Shown here in pieces: positions 41,928 through 42,049 of a stretch of 42,049 nt of DNA. The notes beneath the pieces were generated by a model. It saw only the letters and a list, made by a program, of their open reading frames with translations, was not told where the DNA came from and did no database searches. The stretch is taken from positions 1 to 42,049 of the IMG/VR virus record IMGVR_UViG_3300047496_000083, one strand, 5' to 3'. A program made the position numbers and the translations under genes. Positions within the stretch are counted from its first letter, which is position 1. Each line of letters opens with the position of its first letter. The stretch comes from a virus.

Positions 41928-42049
41928 CCCTTTAACCTTTGCTGATATTGCTTAATGTGTTCTTCAATGAAATCAATCTCACGAGTCCACTCTCTTGAAT
42001 CGGTTGATAGTGTATGTGCGATTCTATCGACTTTGAGTTGAGTGAGTGC
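41924..42049 (-). CDS. 3' part of the junction-spanning ORF (same gene as 1..276; 41951-42049 duplicates 1-99)
   Basis: In-frame continuation …EEHIKQYQQRLKG, with the TGA at 41926-41924. Confidence 0.5.
   Translation of the reverse strand, partial: ALTQLKVDRIAHTLSTDSREWTREIDFIEEHIKQYQQRLKG
41951..42049. repeat. Terminal direct repeat, copy 2 (identical to 1..99)
   Basis: Same 99-nt string as the window start; most simply a circular-assembly overlap. Confidence 0.95.

Noticed and set aside
1-42049. Prophage or lysogeny module (integrase, repressor/Cro pair, att sites)
   Set aside because: No tyrosine or serine recombinase motifs were seen in any ORF. The sequence closes on itself with no flanking host genes. 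The only small DNA-binding proteins are one RHH and one wHTH.

Overview
The window looks like a complete, circularly assembled dsDNA phage genome of about 41,950 bp. Bases 1-99 recur exactly at 41951-42049, and one minus-strand ORF is intact only when the two ends are joined.

Layout:
- Plus-strand late arm (2955-36660): small terminase, a G-depleted tract, an RHH protein, large terminase, portal, an HNH cassette, a scaffold-like protein, the major capsid protein with a terminator, and small head genes. These are followed by a ~6.9 kb translationally coupled glycosyltransferase / nucleotide-sugar island, tail and fibre genes interrupted by a second HNH cassette, large internal or ejection-like proteins, and a lysis cassette.
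- Minus-strand early arm (36647-41927, continuing at 1-2721): mostly small ORFs, plus a CHAP hydrolase, a NinG-like nuclease, an SSB-like protein, a winged-helix protein and a Cas4-like nuclease. A short plus-strand island sits at 37555-38071.

I recognised no integrase, DNA polymerase, primase, helicase, tRNA or CRISPR array.

Most interesting observations:
1. The sugar-modification island sits inside the structural operon. Its DegT-family enzyme carries His where the PLP lysine is expected.
2. A ~640 nt ORF-free region (40864-41500) is densely packed with helices and could be a large ncRNA or an origin.
3. Three tail-module genes have coding sequence that clearly extends upstream of any canonical start codon. 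Each has a Shine-Dalgarno (SD) sequence followed by an in-frame ATT or ATC.
4. Both HNH cassettes end with a wobble-recoded copy of the C-terminus of the gene they follow.
5. A recurrent extended -10 motif lies exactly 6 nt before several ATGs, which suggests leaderless mRNAs.

All functional calls come from motif recognition by eye. No database search was possible.
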